Shown here piece by piece: positions 10,358 through 20,613 of a DNA stretch of 64,000 bases (positions within the stretch are counted from its first letter, which is position 1; each line of letters opens with the position of its first letter). The translations under genes were made by a program, and so were the position numbers. Origin of the DNA: a bacterium (GTDB taxonomy: Bacteria; SAR324; XYD2-FULL-50-16); the NCBI GenBank assembly GCA_032250835.1, contig JAVVEA010000001.1, positions 480,001 to 544,000 of the forward strand, given 5' to 3'. The notes under the pieces are model-generated. The model ran no database searches, was not told the DNA's origin, and saw only the letters and a list, made by a program, of their open reading frames with translations.

Positions 10358-11728
10358 TCAGAAATAGACGCCCTTGAGCCGGGGGCCGGGGTCCAACTCG
10401 CCGCTGGTGACGTAACGCGCCACCGCCTGAGCCCCGCGGGTCATGTCGTTGATGCCGATACCGTCCCAACCGAAGCCAAAAACCGCCAATCCGGGATACT
10501 GGCGCATCAAATCGGCCCGCCAAGCCAGCCGAGCCGGGTGTCCTAATTCAGGCTGAGGGATGCCCTGGGGTGGCCGCAACAAATGGGCAAAACGGGGGGG
10601 CTCCGGTAGCGGCAACAATTCGGCCAAGTCTTTCAGCGCTAAATCGATGATCTCAGAGTCTTTTAAGCCCAAACGCTCTGGGTAAAGCCTTCCACCCACT
10701 AGGCACTCCAGTAAAACCCCGCCAGCCGGGCACCGCCCGGCGAACATATGGCTCGAATAGAGACAACCTAGGGCAAAACGCTTTTCCTCGCGCGGCGCTA
10801 GGTAACCAAAGCCAAAAGGCACCTGAGTCGGCGGGTCGAAGGCCAGGACTAAATTGGCAATCTGCGCTTCCACCGGTGCCGGGCCCGGCGGTTCAGACAG
10901 CGTCGCCAACAAGGGCCAAGCTCGACTAGCGGGCAACGCCACCAATAGCTGGCTCGCCTGAACCTCCAAATCAGCGGTCCGGGCGACCCAGAAGTCGCCT
11001 TCTTTGGTGATTTGGGTGACCTCTTGCCCATATAAAATGGGCTGGCCTTCGGCGAGCTTTTGGGGCAAGCGCTCCATCCCCGCTTTAAAGCTGATCATCT
11101 CCGGCAGGCGGCGCGGTTGTCCTTTGCGGTCCTTGGCACGAGCCTTTAAGGCCCGGATCACAGAACCCGAGGCCAGCTCCATTTGCCTCAACCGGGGCAT
11201 GGCGGCATCTATCGAGAGGCGCTCCATATCACCGCCATAGGTTCCGGTAACGGCGGCGTCCACAAAGGGGGCCAGGGCCGGACCAAAACGGCGGCGGGCC
11301 CAGTCAGCAATACTTTGATCTTCAGTTAGCGGCGCGGTCCACAGATCCCCCAAAACCCGCAATTTGGCACTGAGCGGCAAGATCGGGCTGGCTAGAATCT
11401 TCGGCGGGCTTTGGGGGATCACCTGCAAGCGGCCCTGGCGACAGATGAAGCGCACAAAATCTTTTAAGGGTGCCCGGGTCACTTCGCCCGCCAAACCCAA
11501 CTGTTCGATCAACAAAAGGCTTTCGGGCCCGTTGTCCAAAAAACCATGAGCCCCCCATTCAGCCTGGATGCCCGCCTCTTTAAAGGTCCTTATAGCACCG
11601 CCGGGCCGCTGGGTTTTCTCTAAAATCAAGCGCTCTTTTTGCGGCACCATCTGGCCCAAAAAGTGCGAAGCTGCCAGGCCGCTAAGGCCCGCGCCCAGTA
11701 TTAAGATGTCCGTTTGTTTTTTTTGCAT
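10358..11728 (-). CDS. hemY: Protoporphyrinogen/coproporphyrinogen oxidase, HemY type
   Basis: GAGLSGL FAD motif, RPGGAIRT, EWGAHGFL, GFGYL, GIGIND; ATG 11728 preferred over upstream GTG. Confidence 0.88.
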   Translation of the reverse strand: MQKKQTDILILGAGLSGLAASHFLGQMVPQKERLILEKTQRPGGAIRTFKEAGIQAEWGAHGFLDNGPESLLLIEQLGLAGEVTRAPLKDFVRFICRQGRLQVIPQSPPKILASPILPLSAKLRVLGDLWTAPLTEDQSIADWARRRFGPALAPFVDAAVTGTYGGDMERLSIDAAMPRLRQMELASGSVIRALKARAKDRKGQPRRLPEMISFKAGMERLPQKLAEGQPILYGQEVTQITKEGDFWVARTADLEVQASQLLVALPASRAWPLLATLSEPPGPAPVEAQIANLVLAFDPPTQVPFGFGYLAPREEKRFALGCLYSSHMFAGRCPAGGVLLECLVGGRLYPERLGLKDSEIIDLALKDLAELLPLPEPPRFAHLLRPPQGIPQPELGHPARLAWRADLMRQYPGLAVFGFGWDGIGINDMTRGAQAVARYVTSGELDPGPRLKGVYF

Positions 11729-11951
11729 GGACCCAACATAACCCGAAGCAGGATTGAAGAAAAGAACCAATCCAAAGGCCCTTTGGGAATCAATCCATTA
11801 TTGGGCAAACTTTTTACCCTTGGAAGGTCTGGTAAAATCGTAGTAATCTATACATGGGCGTTGATCAAATCAGCGTACCTCCTATCGTCTTTGTCCCGTT
11901 TCCAACTGGGTCTCACGCTTTAGGGGCCCTCCAGCAACCTGGGGGTCAAAA

Positions 11952-13874
11952 ATGTTAACACGCATCAAATACAAGATCCTGGGCCTCTTCATGGCCATCT
12001 TCCTGCTCAGTGCTCTGGTCACGTTAACCCAACAATATACCCGTATTGTGGCCGAAGTGGACCAACAAACGGACCGCGTCCTTGGGCTGTTTGAGAGTTC
12101 TTTGGGGGATTCGCTTGAAGCCTTATCAAACCAAATGACTTTGGGGGTCGAACAAATGCTGGAGAATCAAAGCGTGACTCAGGCATTTGCGGAGGGAGAC
12201 CGAACTCAGCTTTCTAGCTTAACTTTGGACTTTTTCGAAAAACGCCTCAAACCGCAATTCGGCGTCCGTCAACTCCAATTCCACACCCCCAAGGGCTTAA
12301 GTTTCTTTCGGGCTCATGCACCCAAAAAGTTCGGCGACGACCTCACCAGTTTCCGCAGCACCGTGGTCGCCGCCAACCGAGACCAAAAGCCGCAAATTGG
12401 TATGGAGGTAGGACGCGGTGGATTGGGGATGCGGGTGGTTTATCCCGTATTTTTCCAGGGGCAACACCTGGGCAGTGTCGAATACGGCGGCAGCATCCAA
12501 AAGGCCCTGGACCTGGCCCGCTCACAATCGGGAGCCAGTTATGCCATTGGTATCTATGCCCAGGTCTTTAAAAATGCCCGTCGATTTGAAAACAAAAAGA
12601 CCGACGTAATATTTAAAGATTTGGTCTTTTATCAAAGTGAAAACGAAGCCACCCACCGGATACTGCCCCACCTCCTCCCCGCCTCACCAGGTAAACTAGA
12701 GGTAGAAGGTCGGAACTTCAGCACCCGCTTCATAACTCTCAAAGACTATTCAGGCCAAGAGATCGGTCGTTTGCTGGTGCTTTTCGATCAGACCGAATTA
12801 CTCGCCCAATCTCAGGCGAATTTAAAGCAACAAGCAATCATCATTGGCTTCATTCTACTGTTAGGCCTCGGGCTGATGGTCTGGTTCGGGATCGCCATCA
12901 CCCGAAGCCTCTCTAACCCATTACAACGCTCTTTCGGTCAGATGGGCTCAGGGGCCGAGCGGATTGATTTAGCCTCTGGTGAAGTCCATCTGAGCGCTGA
13001 TTCACTCTCAAACTCAGCCAGCTCACAGGCAGCCAGCCTGCAAGAGGCTTCGAGCAGCATCGAACAGATCGACCAGCAAGCCAACCAAAACGCGCAAAAT
13101 GCGCAAGCCGCCGAATCCGCCATGAGAGAGGTGTTAGAAATCACCCAAACAACCGGGCAAAGCAGCATGCGTGTAGCAGAGCTTGCCCGGCAATCCACCG
13201 AACAGTCCAAAGGTGCCGATACCACCATGGGCCAATTGGTCCAAGCCATGACCGAAATCGCCGAGAGCAGCCAGCAGGTGGCGGATATGATCGAATTGAT
13301 CAACGAAATCACCCGGGAAACCAAAATGCTGGCCACCAATGCTGCGATTGAGGCCGCCCGTGCGGGGGAACTGGGCAAAGGGTTTGCGGTAGTTGCCGAT
13401 GAAGTTGGGCATCTGGCCGAAAACTCCAAGTCCGCCGCCAAGGAGATCGCGCACTTAATCCAAGACAGCTCCCAAAAGGTCCAGCGGGGCAATCAGCTAG
13501 CCAGCGAAGCCAGCCAAAGCCTCAAGAAAATCTCACGGAGCGTGGAAGAGGTGTCTAGCTTGATTGAGGTGATTAGCCAATCCAACGCCACCCAGGAAGA
13601 AAAAATCAACGCCATGAGCAACCAAATCAGCTCTATCTCAAGAAGTTCTGGAGAACAGGCCGAGGGGGTCGGGCAGATCAGGCAACTGGTGGTGGGCTTA
13701 GATCACCTCACCCAGCAAAACTCAGCCCAAGCCGAAGAGTTATCCTCTGCTTCGGGTTCCTTGAAGAATGAGGCCGATGATCTAAAACAGAAAATCACCA
13801 ACATCTCCGTTGCCCTGGGACTCAAATCAAGTCTTGGCCAAGAGAGCGAAAGCCTGCCCTTGTTACCGGGCTAG
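11952..13874 (+). CDS. Methyl-accepting chemotaxis protein with Cache-type periplasmic sensor
   Basis: Two TMs; SFFRAHAPKKFGDDL and GMEVGRGG Cache motifs; LATNAAIEAARAGELGKGFAVVADEV. Confidence 0.92.
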   Translation: MLTRIKYKILGLFMAIFLLSALVTLTQQYTRIVAEVDQQTDRVLGLFESSLGDSLEALSNQMTLGVEQMLENQSVTQAFAEGDRTQLSSLTLDFFEKRLKPQFGVRQLQFHTPKGLSFFRAHAPKKFGDDLTSFRSTVVAANRDQKPQIGMEVGRGGLGMRVVYPVFFQGQHLGSVEYGGSIQKALDLARSQSGASYAIGIYAQVFKNARRFENKKTDVIFKDLVFYQSENEATHRILPHLLPASPGKLEVEGRNFSTRFITLKDYSGQEIGRLLVLFDQTELLAQSQANLKQQAIIIGFILLLGLGLMVWFGIAITRSLSNPLQRSFGQMGSGAERIDLASGEVHLSADSLSNSASSQAASLQEASSSIEQIDQQANQNAQNAQAAESAMREVLEITQTTGQSSMRVAELARQSTEQSKGADTTMGQLVQAMTEIAESSQQVADMIELINEITRETKMLATNAAIEAARAGELGKGFAVVADEVGHLAENSKSAAKEIAHLIQDSSQKVQRGNQLASEASQSLKKISRSVEEVSSLIEVISQSNATQEEKINAMSNQISSISRSSGEQAEGVGQIRQLVVGLDHLTQQNSAQAEELSSASGSLKNEADDLKQKITNISVALGLKSSLGQESESLPLLPG

Positions 13875-13940
13875 ATTGGCCACTAGTTTACATCTCTTGG
13901 GGGTTATTGGGGGTAAGCTAAAAGAAAAAATGGAGGAACT

Positions 13941-14069
13941 ATGGAAACCTTAAGCGCCTTTGCTTGGTTGGTCTTCTACCTAGGAGTCATCGGGGTCGGT
14001 ATCTCGATGTTGCTGTCCTTTATTTTTGTCGTCTCCGTTGGCTATTGGCAGGAGCACCACCCTTCTTAA
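13941..14069 (+). CDS. Unannotated 42-aa single-pass membrane peptide
   Basis: GGAGG RBS then METLSAFAWLVFYLGVIGVGISMLLSFIFVVSVGYWQEHHPS*; below the ORF-track length cutoff. Confidence 0.6.
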   Translation: METLSAFAWLVFYLGVIGVGISMLLSFIFVVSVGYWQEHHPS

Positions 14070-14084
14070 ATCCCCCTTGGGGGC

Positions 14085-14173
14085 TTGCCCTGTTTTTATC
14101 GGTGGGTTATTATGTAGCCAACCTCTTCAAAAGGAGTTTTATGTTGAATCAAGCTGTGGAGCTTGCGTCGTAG
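14085..14173 (+). promoter_or_regulatory. Sigma70-like promoter plus 10-codon upstream ORF (MLNQAVELAS) before rsgA
   Basis: TTGCCC-N17-TATTAT at 14085-14113; AAGGAG RBS at 14131; ATG 14141, TAG 14171-14173. Confidence 0.4.
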
Positions 14174-14280
14174 AGAACCCTCGGCTCTTTAAACCAGCCC
14201 TGGATTCTCGCCTTTGATCCTATTCCCGCCTTGGGCGCTTGACGTCCGGGGATCATTGCGACCTTGATCAGCTTAAAGAC

Positions 14281-15369
14281 ATGAAACCTTCAAAATCCCA
14301 GCAGGCCTTGGGCCTGACCGCTTTTTTCCTCGACCAATCTAAAAATCCGTCCCTGCTGGCCCGCGTGGCTGGAGGTGCCCATGGCCTTTATCGGCTTTGG
14401 CGGCCCGAGGGACCCGAGTCGCTCACCCGACTGACCGGGAAATTGGCCCAGAGCGGCCAATTCCCTCAGGTCGGTGACTTTGTGGAGACCGACGGTCCGG
14501 ACGGCCCTATCACCGAAATTTTAACCCGCAAAAACCAACTGGCCCGCTGGACCGGTGTAGAACGCAAGGCCCAAGACGGAACCGGTCAATTGCAGGTTTT
14601 AGCAGCGAACTTGGACCTAGCCTTGATCGTCGCCGCCTTTGGTGAAGAATTAAACCTAAGACGGATCGAGCGGTATTTGCTGCTTTGTTTTGAACAAAAA
14701 ATCCAGCCCGTGGTGTTACTCAATAAAGCCGACTTAGCCGAAGACCCCCAAGCGGGGGTGGCCGAGGTAGCCGCGCTTTCGCCGGGTTTGCCGGTATTTG
14801 CGGTGAGCGCCTTACTGGGGCGCGGTTTGGAGCCCTTAGAATTATACTTAGAACCGGGCAAAACCTGGGTCCTATTGGGTTCTTCTGGGGTCGGCAAGTC
14901 CACGCTGGCCAACTTTCTTCTGGGCCAAGCCTCCCAAGAAACCGGCGGGGTGCGCGAAGAGGACCAAAAGGGCCGACACACCACCACTTCGCGCAACCTA
15001 CTCAAGCTGCCCAATGGGGCCCTTTTGATCGACCAACCAGGCATCCGCGAGCTATTGCCCCAGTCCGGCGAACGGGGTTTAGAGGCGACCTTTTCGGAGG
15101 TCGAAGCGTTGGTTCGGGCCTGCGGGTTTAGCGACTGTAGCCACCAGAACGAACCGGGCTGCCAAGTGCAAGCGGCCCTAGAAAACGGAACGCTCGCGCC
15201 GGAACGCTGGAATAACTTCGTTAAACTGCAAGCGGAACTAAGGCACCAATCGAGCCGCCAGGATAAGGCCAGCGAATCAGCCGAAAGGCAGCGGCAAAAA
15301 AAGCTGCACTCGGGCTACCGCCAGATTCTCCGGGGCAAGCAGCGCCGCCAGCAGGACGGTTGGGATTAA
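14281..15369 (+). CDS. rsgA: Ribosome small subunit-dependent GTPase A
   Basis: Circularly permuted GTPase: NKADL, GSSGVGKST, GRHTTT, DQPG; CGFSDCSHQNEPGC zinc finger. Confidence 0.92.
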   Translation: MKPSKSQQALGLTAFFLDQSKNPSLLARVAGGAHGLYRLWRPEGPESLTRLTGKLAQSGQFPQVGDFVETDGPDGPITEILTRKNQLARWTGVERKAQDGTGQLQVLAANLDLALIVAAFGEELNLRRIERYLLLCFEQKIQPVVLLNKADLAEDPQAGVAEVAALSPGLPVFAVSALLGRGLEPLELYLEPGKTWVLLGSSGVGKSTLANFLLGQASQETGGVREEDQKGRHTTTSRNLLKLPNGALLIDQPGIRELLPQSGERGLEATFSEVEALVRACGFSDCSHQNEPGCQVQAALENGTLAPERWNNFVKLQAELRHQSSRQDKASESAERQRQKKLHSGYRQILRGKQRRQQDGWD

Positions 15370-15432
15370 CGCCCAGGGGGATTGCCCCGAACCCCTGGGG
15401 GTGTTAGAACCAAAACATACCCCAGAGGTGCC

Positions 15433-16248
15433 TTGATCGGATTTAACATCAGCCGCGACAAACTACTCCAAATGCCGCCCCCGCGCCGCCACAAATGGCT
15501 AGCTCGTTGGTTCGCGGAGCTGTACGTCCAGTTGACGGCCCTTCAGGCCCAACCGGTCACCCCCCAAGCCTTGGCTCTTTTGGCCCAAGACTATCGCCGC
15601 GCCCTGGGCTGGATGGACTGCCCCGCTCCCCCAACCCCTCAAGGGCCCTTGCGGGCCTGGCAGGAATGGGCCAGCGACCGCTTCCACCACCACCAACAAG
15701 AAACAGGCTTGGGCCTAGGCGAAGAGGGTTATTTGGTCCCCCAAGGCGACCTAGAATCAAACGAGCCCTGGCAGCCGCGCTTTGATTATTGGGTGGCCGC
15801 CGAAAAAATCCGCAGCGCCTTTAATTTAGGCTCTTTGATCCGCAGTGCTGAGGCGCTGGGCTTGGCGGGTCTGTTGATCGGGCCCGACTGTCCGCCGGTG
15901 AGCCACAACCAAGTCCGCAAGACCGCCATGGGGGCCGAAGCCTGGTTCCCCTGCTTGCAGCCCCCAGACTTTTGGGACCATGTCGAGAGCCTGTCGGCCC
16001 AGGGTTATGCCTTGATCGGGGTCGAGCGTACCGCCGCTTCTTTAGACTACCGCCAATATCCCTGGCCGAACCGTGCGGTTTTGCTCTTGGGTAACGAGGA
16101 GTTTGGCCTCAGCCAAAGGGCTTTAAGCGCCGTGGTCGGGCAGGTGCATTTACCCATGCGGGGGCGCAAGAATTCGGTCAATGTGGCTTCGGCCTTCGCG
16201 GCTTTAGGGTTCCATTTAACCTCGGCATTGGAGGCGCGTCATGCTTAG
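15433..16248 (+). CDS. TrmH/SpoU-family RNA 2'-O-methyltransferase with N-terminal extension
   Basis: IRSAFNLGSLIRSAE, KTAMGAE, LGNEEFG, PMRGRKNSVNVASA. Confidence 0.88.
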   Translation: MIGFNISRDKLLQMPPPRRHKWLARWFAELYVQLTALQAQPVTPQALALLAQDYRRALGWMDCPAPPTPQGPLRAWQEWASDRFHHHQQETGLGLGEEGYLVPQGDLESNEPWQPRFDYWVAAEKIRSAFNLGSLIRSAEALGLAGLLIGPDCPPVSHNQVRKTAMGAEAWFPCLQPPDFWDHVESLSAQGYALIGVERTAASLDYRQYPWPNRAVLLLGNEEFGLSQRALSAVVGQVHLPMRGRKNSVNVASAFAALGFHLTSALEARHA

Positions 16249-17437
16249 CGGCCCGTTATTGATGGTGACCTTCCGCAAAGAGCGGGCCAGTCCTAAATTC
16301 CTTAAGGGCGAGCCCGAACAATTGAGCTTGGCCGAAGGCCTGCTCAGCGCTATGGAAACGCTACACGGAGAAAGCCGCGAGACCGCCGAGGAGGTCTTAA
16401 AGGAAGCCCAAGAGGGCAACCCCAAGGTGATCGAAGGGATGATCAAAATCCTCTTGGAGCGTGCCAAATTCCGGGCGCCGGAAACCGATGACCCGGCTTT
16501 ACTGCGTTCTCAGGTCTTTGACGCCGCTGCGGACTATTGGTCCCACCGCGCCGAGCACCACGAGCAACTAGAAACCCACCGCGAACGGATCTTGGGCCCC
16601 TTGGGCTTAAACCAGCCCGAGCGCCTGGAAAACCCCTTGGTTTGGCTCTTTTCGGACCTATCGTCCAATCAAGAACTAGAGTCCTTTGAGCCCATGACCC
16701 CGGCTCAACTGATCGACCGCTACAACCTGGAACAGGCCCAAGGGTTGATGTTAAAAGCCACATCCTTGCAATTGAGCATCCGCTCCAAGCAATCGCTGCA
16801 ACCCTTGATGCAGATGTTGAAGTTTTTTGGCCTACTCTTTCGGGTCGAGCAGAACCGCCCCAGCGTGACCAGTCTGGTGGTCGACGGGCCCACTTCGGTA
16901 CTCGAAAACGCACGGAGTTATGGCCTAGAACTGGCCAACTTTTTTGGGGCCGTGGTTAGCCTGGCGGGGCCCTGGGAACTAAAAGCCGAGATCCGCCTGC
17001 CAGACAAGAAGGGCCCCTTTTATTTTATGGTCGAGCACAATTCGGGCTACCGGGTTCCTCGGCGGATTATGGGTCAATGGTCCCACGAAAAAATCTTGGC
17101 CCTAGAAAAACGCTTCAACGAGCAATACGATCCGGGGTATCATGCAGAAACCTTGACCGAAGTGGTTGGCTTGGCCAACAACCGCTACCTCTTGCCGGAC
17201 CTGAAAATCACCCAGGGCAAAAAGCAGCTGCGGTTGCAATGGATTCGCTACCTTAACCCCGAAAGGGAAGCTTGGTTACGTAGCCTAAAGGCCGATTTAC
17301 CCAAAGACTATTATTTTGTGGTTAAAGGCAAGCCCGCCCAGCTCAAGTCCTTGGTGCAGGCTATGGACGGTCGGTTGGCCCTGGTGGCCACGGAAATCAC
17401 CGCCCCCTTTCTCAAACGACTCATCGAGCAAGCATGA
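16241..17437 (+). CDS. DUF790 family protein (Bax1-like predicted nuclease)
   Basis: LFSDL, LIDRYNLEQAQGLM, LKFFGLL, DGPTSVLENARSYGLELANFF, LLPDL motifs. Confidence 0.8.
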   Translation: MLSGPLLMVTFRKERASPKFLKGEPEQLSLAEGLLSAMETLHGESRETAEEVLKEAQEGNPKVIEGMIKILLERAKFRAPETDDPALLRSQVFDAAADYWSHRAEHHEQLETHRERILGPLGLNQPERLENPLVWLFSDLSSNQELESFEPMTPAQLIDRYNLEQAQGLMLKATSLQLSIRSKQSLQPLMQMLKFFGLLFRVEQNRPSVTSLVVDGPTSVLENARSYGLELANFFGAVVSLAGPWELKAEIRLPDKKGPFYFMVEHNSGYRVPRRIMGQWSHEKILALEKRFNEQYDPGYHAETLTEVVGLANNRYLLPDLKITQGKKQLRLQWIRYLNPEREAWLRSLKADLPKDYYFVVKGKPAQLKSLVQAMDGRLALVATEITAPFLKRLIEQA

Positions 17438-18246
17438 TCCAGCGCGACGGGCATTTTCATACCCAATTCTGCCGCCATGGCAAAAGGCAGCCTACCGAGG
17501 CCATGCTGGAACGGGCAGTGGAGTTGGGTTTTCAAAGGGTCAGCCTGACCGAACATGCACCGCTGCCCGAAGGGGCGGTGGCCGATGCCCGGTTACTCGA
17601 CGAACTGGCTCTGCGCCCCGACGAATTAGAGCCTTATTTGGAGCATTGCCGCCAAATGAAGGCGCAGTTTAAGGGGCGTTTGGAGGTTTTGGTAGGTTTG
17701 GAGTTGGATTTTGTGCCCGGCTTTGAGCAAGCGACGGTCGATTTGGTGACCCAATGGGGTGAACAGCTTGAAGACAGCCTGCTTTCGTTGCATTTTCTAC
17801 CGGGCTCCGGCGCGCCCAAAATGCTCGATTTTAGCCCCGAAGACTTCACTCAGGGTTTGCTTAAGGACTACGGTACCCTAGAGTCGGTACACGCTGCTTA
17901 TTGGGAATGGCTCACCGCCAGCGCCCGGTGGGGTTTTAAGTCCCACCGGCCCAAGAGAATCGGCCACCCCGGCTTGATCTATAAATTCACCAAGGTCTTA
18001 GGCGGCCCCGAAGAACCCAGTCCAGCCCAGGCCGAGGCCTTTTTAGACGCCGTCCAAGCCCAGGGATACCAGCTGGACCACAACCATTCGGGCTACAGCC
18101 GCGCCACTTGTGGTCGGGCCTATTTACCGAAAAATATGGAGAACATGGCTTTGCAGCGTGGCTTGGAATTGGTATATGGATCAGACGCCCACGGGATTGA
18201 TTCGGTGGGCGGTTTTTACCAGCTCTTTCCCCCAGAGGCGCGGTGA
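17434..18246 (+). CDS. PHP-family histidinol-phosphatase (HisJ type)
   Basis: DGHFHTQFCRHG, TEHAPLP, GLELDF, IGH, YGSDAH. Confidence 0.85.
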   Translation: MIQRDGHFHTQFCRHGKRQPTEAMLERAVELGFQRVSLTEHAPLPEGAVADARLLDELALRPDELEPYLEHCRQMKAQFKGRLEVLVGLELDFVPGFEQATVDLVTQWGEQLEDSLLSLHFLPGSGAPKMLDFSPEDFTQGLLKDYGTLESVHAAYWEWLTASARWGFKSHRPKRIGHPGLIYKFTKVLGGPEEPSPAQAEAFLDAVQAQGYQLDHNHSGYSRATCGRAYLPKNMENMALQRGLELVYGSDAHGIDSVGGFYQLFPPEAR

Positions 18247-19016
18247 TGGAAATCCAAGAGCCCGGCAACCTGCTTTCGGGCGAACGGCCCGATCGATTCC
18301 ACCCGGAATTGATCAAGATCGTCTTAGGCCTGTTGATCCTCTTGACCTTAGTCAGCCAGGGTCCCTGGGACCCGGACCCGATCAACCTACTTTGGCCTTC
18401 GGCGGGTTTGGAAAACTGGTTCGGCCTGCCCGGCGCCCTCTTTGCGGGCTTCTGGTGGCGTTTTTTTGGCGGCTCTAGCTTGATGTTGGTGCTTTTCCTG
18501 CTCTTTTCACAGAGCACCCGCGCTCGCTTTAGTGCCGCCTTTTTCGCCGCCCTGGTGCACTTCTTGTCCTTTTCCCTTTTGGTGGGTTTGGTATTTCCGC
18601 CGGGCCATCCCTTTTTAGAGCGAGCCGCCGGGCTTTACGGCCTGATCGGTAACCAAGCCTTTAGCCAGATGGGGTTCCGGTTTATGGCGGTCTTATTGTT
18701 GACCGCCTTCTTGATCAAGGCCTCTCTGGGTTATCGCCTCAAAGGGCATTTTTTGATTTTCCTGGCCCAAGGGGTGATGGGAGTGGTCGCTTTGTTGCTG
18801 CTGGCACGAGAAACTTTTCAGGGGCTCAGGCTTTTAAGCCCCAAACAATTGGGCGAGGCTTTAATGGCCGAAGAAGAACATGCCTTTGGCCGTAAAGCCA
18901 CGGCCTTCGAGCCTGCAGCACCCCCGGAGGGGCAGGCCTTGATGCGCCGTGCCAAGGAAGCAGCGCGCAGAAATGAGGCCCAATCGGCCCTGATAGATGA
19001 AGATGAGGAAATTTAA
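18243..19016 (+). CDS. Membrane protein resembling the FtsK 4TM N-terminal domain, without a motor domain
   Basis: TM then DP...NWFGLPGA, and AAGLYG before the fourth TM, as in FtsK_4TM; no P-loop. Confidence 0.55.
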   Translation: MMEIQEPGNLLSGERPDRFHPELIKIVLGLLILLTLVSQGPWDPDPINLLWPSAGLENWFGLPGALFAGFWWRFFGGSSLMLVLFLLFSQSTRARFSAAFFAALVHFLSFSLLVGLVFPPGHPFLERAAGLYGLIGNQAFSQMGFRFMAVLLLTAFLIKASLGYRLKGHFLIFLAQGVMGVVALLLLARETFQGLRLLSPKQLGEALMAEEEHAFGRKATAFEPAAPPEGQALMRRAKEAARRNEAQSALIDEDEEI

Positions 19017-19173
19017 ATCTTGACGGGCTGGGCTCAAGTTCGTTAGCCTTGCTGCGACTGATCCGATCTCCTGCCTGTATGATCGCGATTCCCAAAGCTA
19101 TCCCTATATCTATTCTCTTAGTACCCGGTTACCCGGGAAGCCACGCAGCAAAACCCTAGACCTGATTGTAACT

Positions 19174-20541
19174 GTGCCGCCGAAAACCGTCCCCGCCAGG
19201 AAAAGTGCCCCCAAAAAGTCGCCCCGTTCGATCATGAACGAAGCGAAAACCATCTCTCCGGACACCAAAAAGAAACTAACCGTTAATGGTGTTGAGCCGC
19301 TGATTCTTTCAGAACTCAAACGGATGGATATCAAAGCGCTGGAAAAGCTCGCCAAAGAATATGAGGTGGAAAACGCCACCAGCATGCTGCGCCAAGACCT
19401 GATCTTTGCGCTGCTCAACGCACAAACCGCCAAGGGCGGGGCGATCTATTCCCAAGGCGTCTTAGAGACCCTGCCCGACGGCTTCGGCTTTTTGCGCAGC
19501 CCGGACTTCAACTACATTCCGGGCCCTGACGATATTTACGTCAGCCCCAGCCAAATCCGCCGTTTTAACCTGCGCACCGGCGACACCATTGAGGGCCAGG
19601 TCCGCCCACCCAAAGATTCGGAGCGTTATTACGCTTTGCTGAAAGTCGAGAAGCTCAACTTTGAAGAGCCCGAATACAGCAAAGACAAGACCCTCTTCGA
19701 CAACCTCACCCCTCTTTACCCCGACGAAATCATCCGTTTAGAAACGCCCAAAGGCGACAAAACTTCGCGGATTATCGACATGTTCTGCCCTATCGGAAAG
19801 GGGCAGCGGGGCTTGATCGTGGCACCGCCGAAGGCCGGTAAAACCACGGTACTACAGAATATCGCCAACAGCATCACCGAAAATTACCCAGACATCTTTT
19901 TGATCGTGTTGCTCATCGATGAGCGGCCCGAGGAAGTGACGGACATGAAACGTTCGGTCAACGGTGAGGTGATCAGCTCCACCTTTGACGAGCCCGCGAC
20001 CCGGCACGTCCAAGTGGCTGAAATGGTTATCCAAAAGGCCAAGCGCTTGGTGGAGCACAAACATGACGTGGTGATCCTGCTCGACTCCATCACCCGCTTA
20101 GCCCGCGCCTACAACACCGTGATCCCGCCATCAGGCAAGATTCTTTCGGGTGGTGTGGACGCGAACGCGCTGCACAAACCCAAACGCTTTTTTGGTGCCG
20201 CGCGCAACATTGAAGATGGCGGCTCCTTGACCATCATGGCCACTGCTTTGATCGATACCGGCAGCCGGATGGACGAAGTGATCTTTGAAGAATTCAAAGG
20301 TACCGGCAACATGGAATTGGTGCTCGACCGCAAATTGGTCGAGAAACGCGTCTTCCCGGCCATCGACATCGACAAGTCTTCTACCCGTAAAGAAGAATTG
20401 CTGCTGCCCAACTTGGCGGATGTCTGGAAGCTTCGTCGCCTCTTGATGGCCACCAAGTCGCAAGAGAGCCTGGAATACCTGCTTGACAAAATGAATAAAT
20501 TCCCCTCAAATGATGAGCTTTTACGGATGGTTAATTCTTAA
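19174..20541 (+). CDS. rho: Transcription termination factor Rho
   Basis: [36 protein letters not shown]; alternative start ATG 19234. Confidence 0.98.
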   Translation: MPPKTVPARKSAPKKSPRSIMNEAKTISPDTKKKLTVNGVEPLILSELKRMDIKALEKLAKEYEVENATSMLRQDLIFALLNAQTAKGGAIYSQGVLETLPDGFGFLRSPDFNYIPGPDDIYVSPSQIRRFNLRTGDTIEGQVRPPKDSERYYALLKVEKLNFEEPEYSKDKTLFDNLTPLYPDEIIRLETPKGDKTSRIIDMFCPIGKGQRGLIVAPPKAGKTTVLQNIANSITENYPDIFLIVLLIDERPEEVTDMKRSVNGEVISSTFDEPATRHVQVAEMVIQKAKRLVEHKHDVVILLDSITRLARAYNTVIPPSGKILSGGVDANALHKPKRFFGAARNIEDGGSLTIMATALIDTGSRMDEVIFEEFKGTGNMELVLDRKLVEKRVFPAIDIDKSSTRKEELLLPNLADVWKLRRLLMATKSQESLEYLLDKMNKFPSNDELLRMVNS

Positions 20542-20613
20542 CCTTCCAACACCAGCGGTTCGTTGACCTCCCGGCACGGTGCCTGGGTGAACTCGTGACC
20601 CTTTAGGAGCCCT

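Noticed and set aside
11861-11874. FNR-like site TTGATCAAATCAG between hemY and the MCP
   Set aside because: Spacer is 3 nt rather than 4 and the second half-site is imperfect
15373-15400. Hairpin CCCAGGGG...CCCCTGGG after rsgA as a REP family or terminator
   Set aside because: No second copy seen in the window and no U-tract
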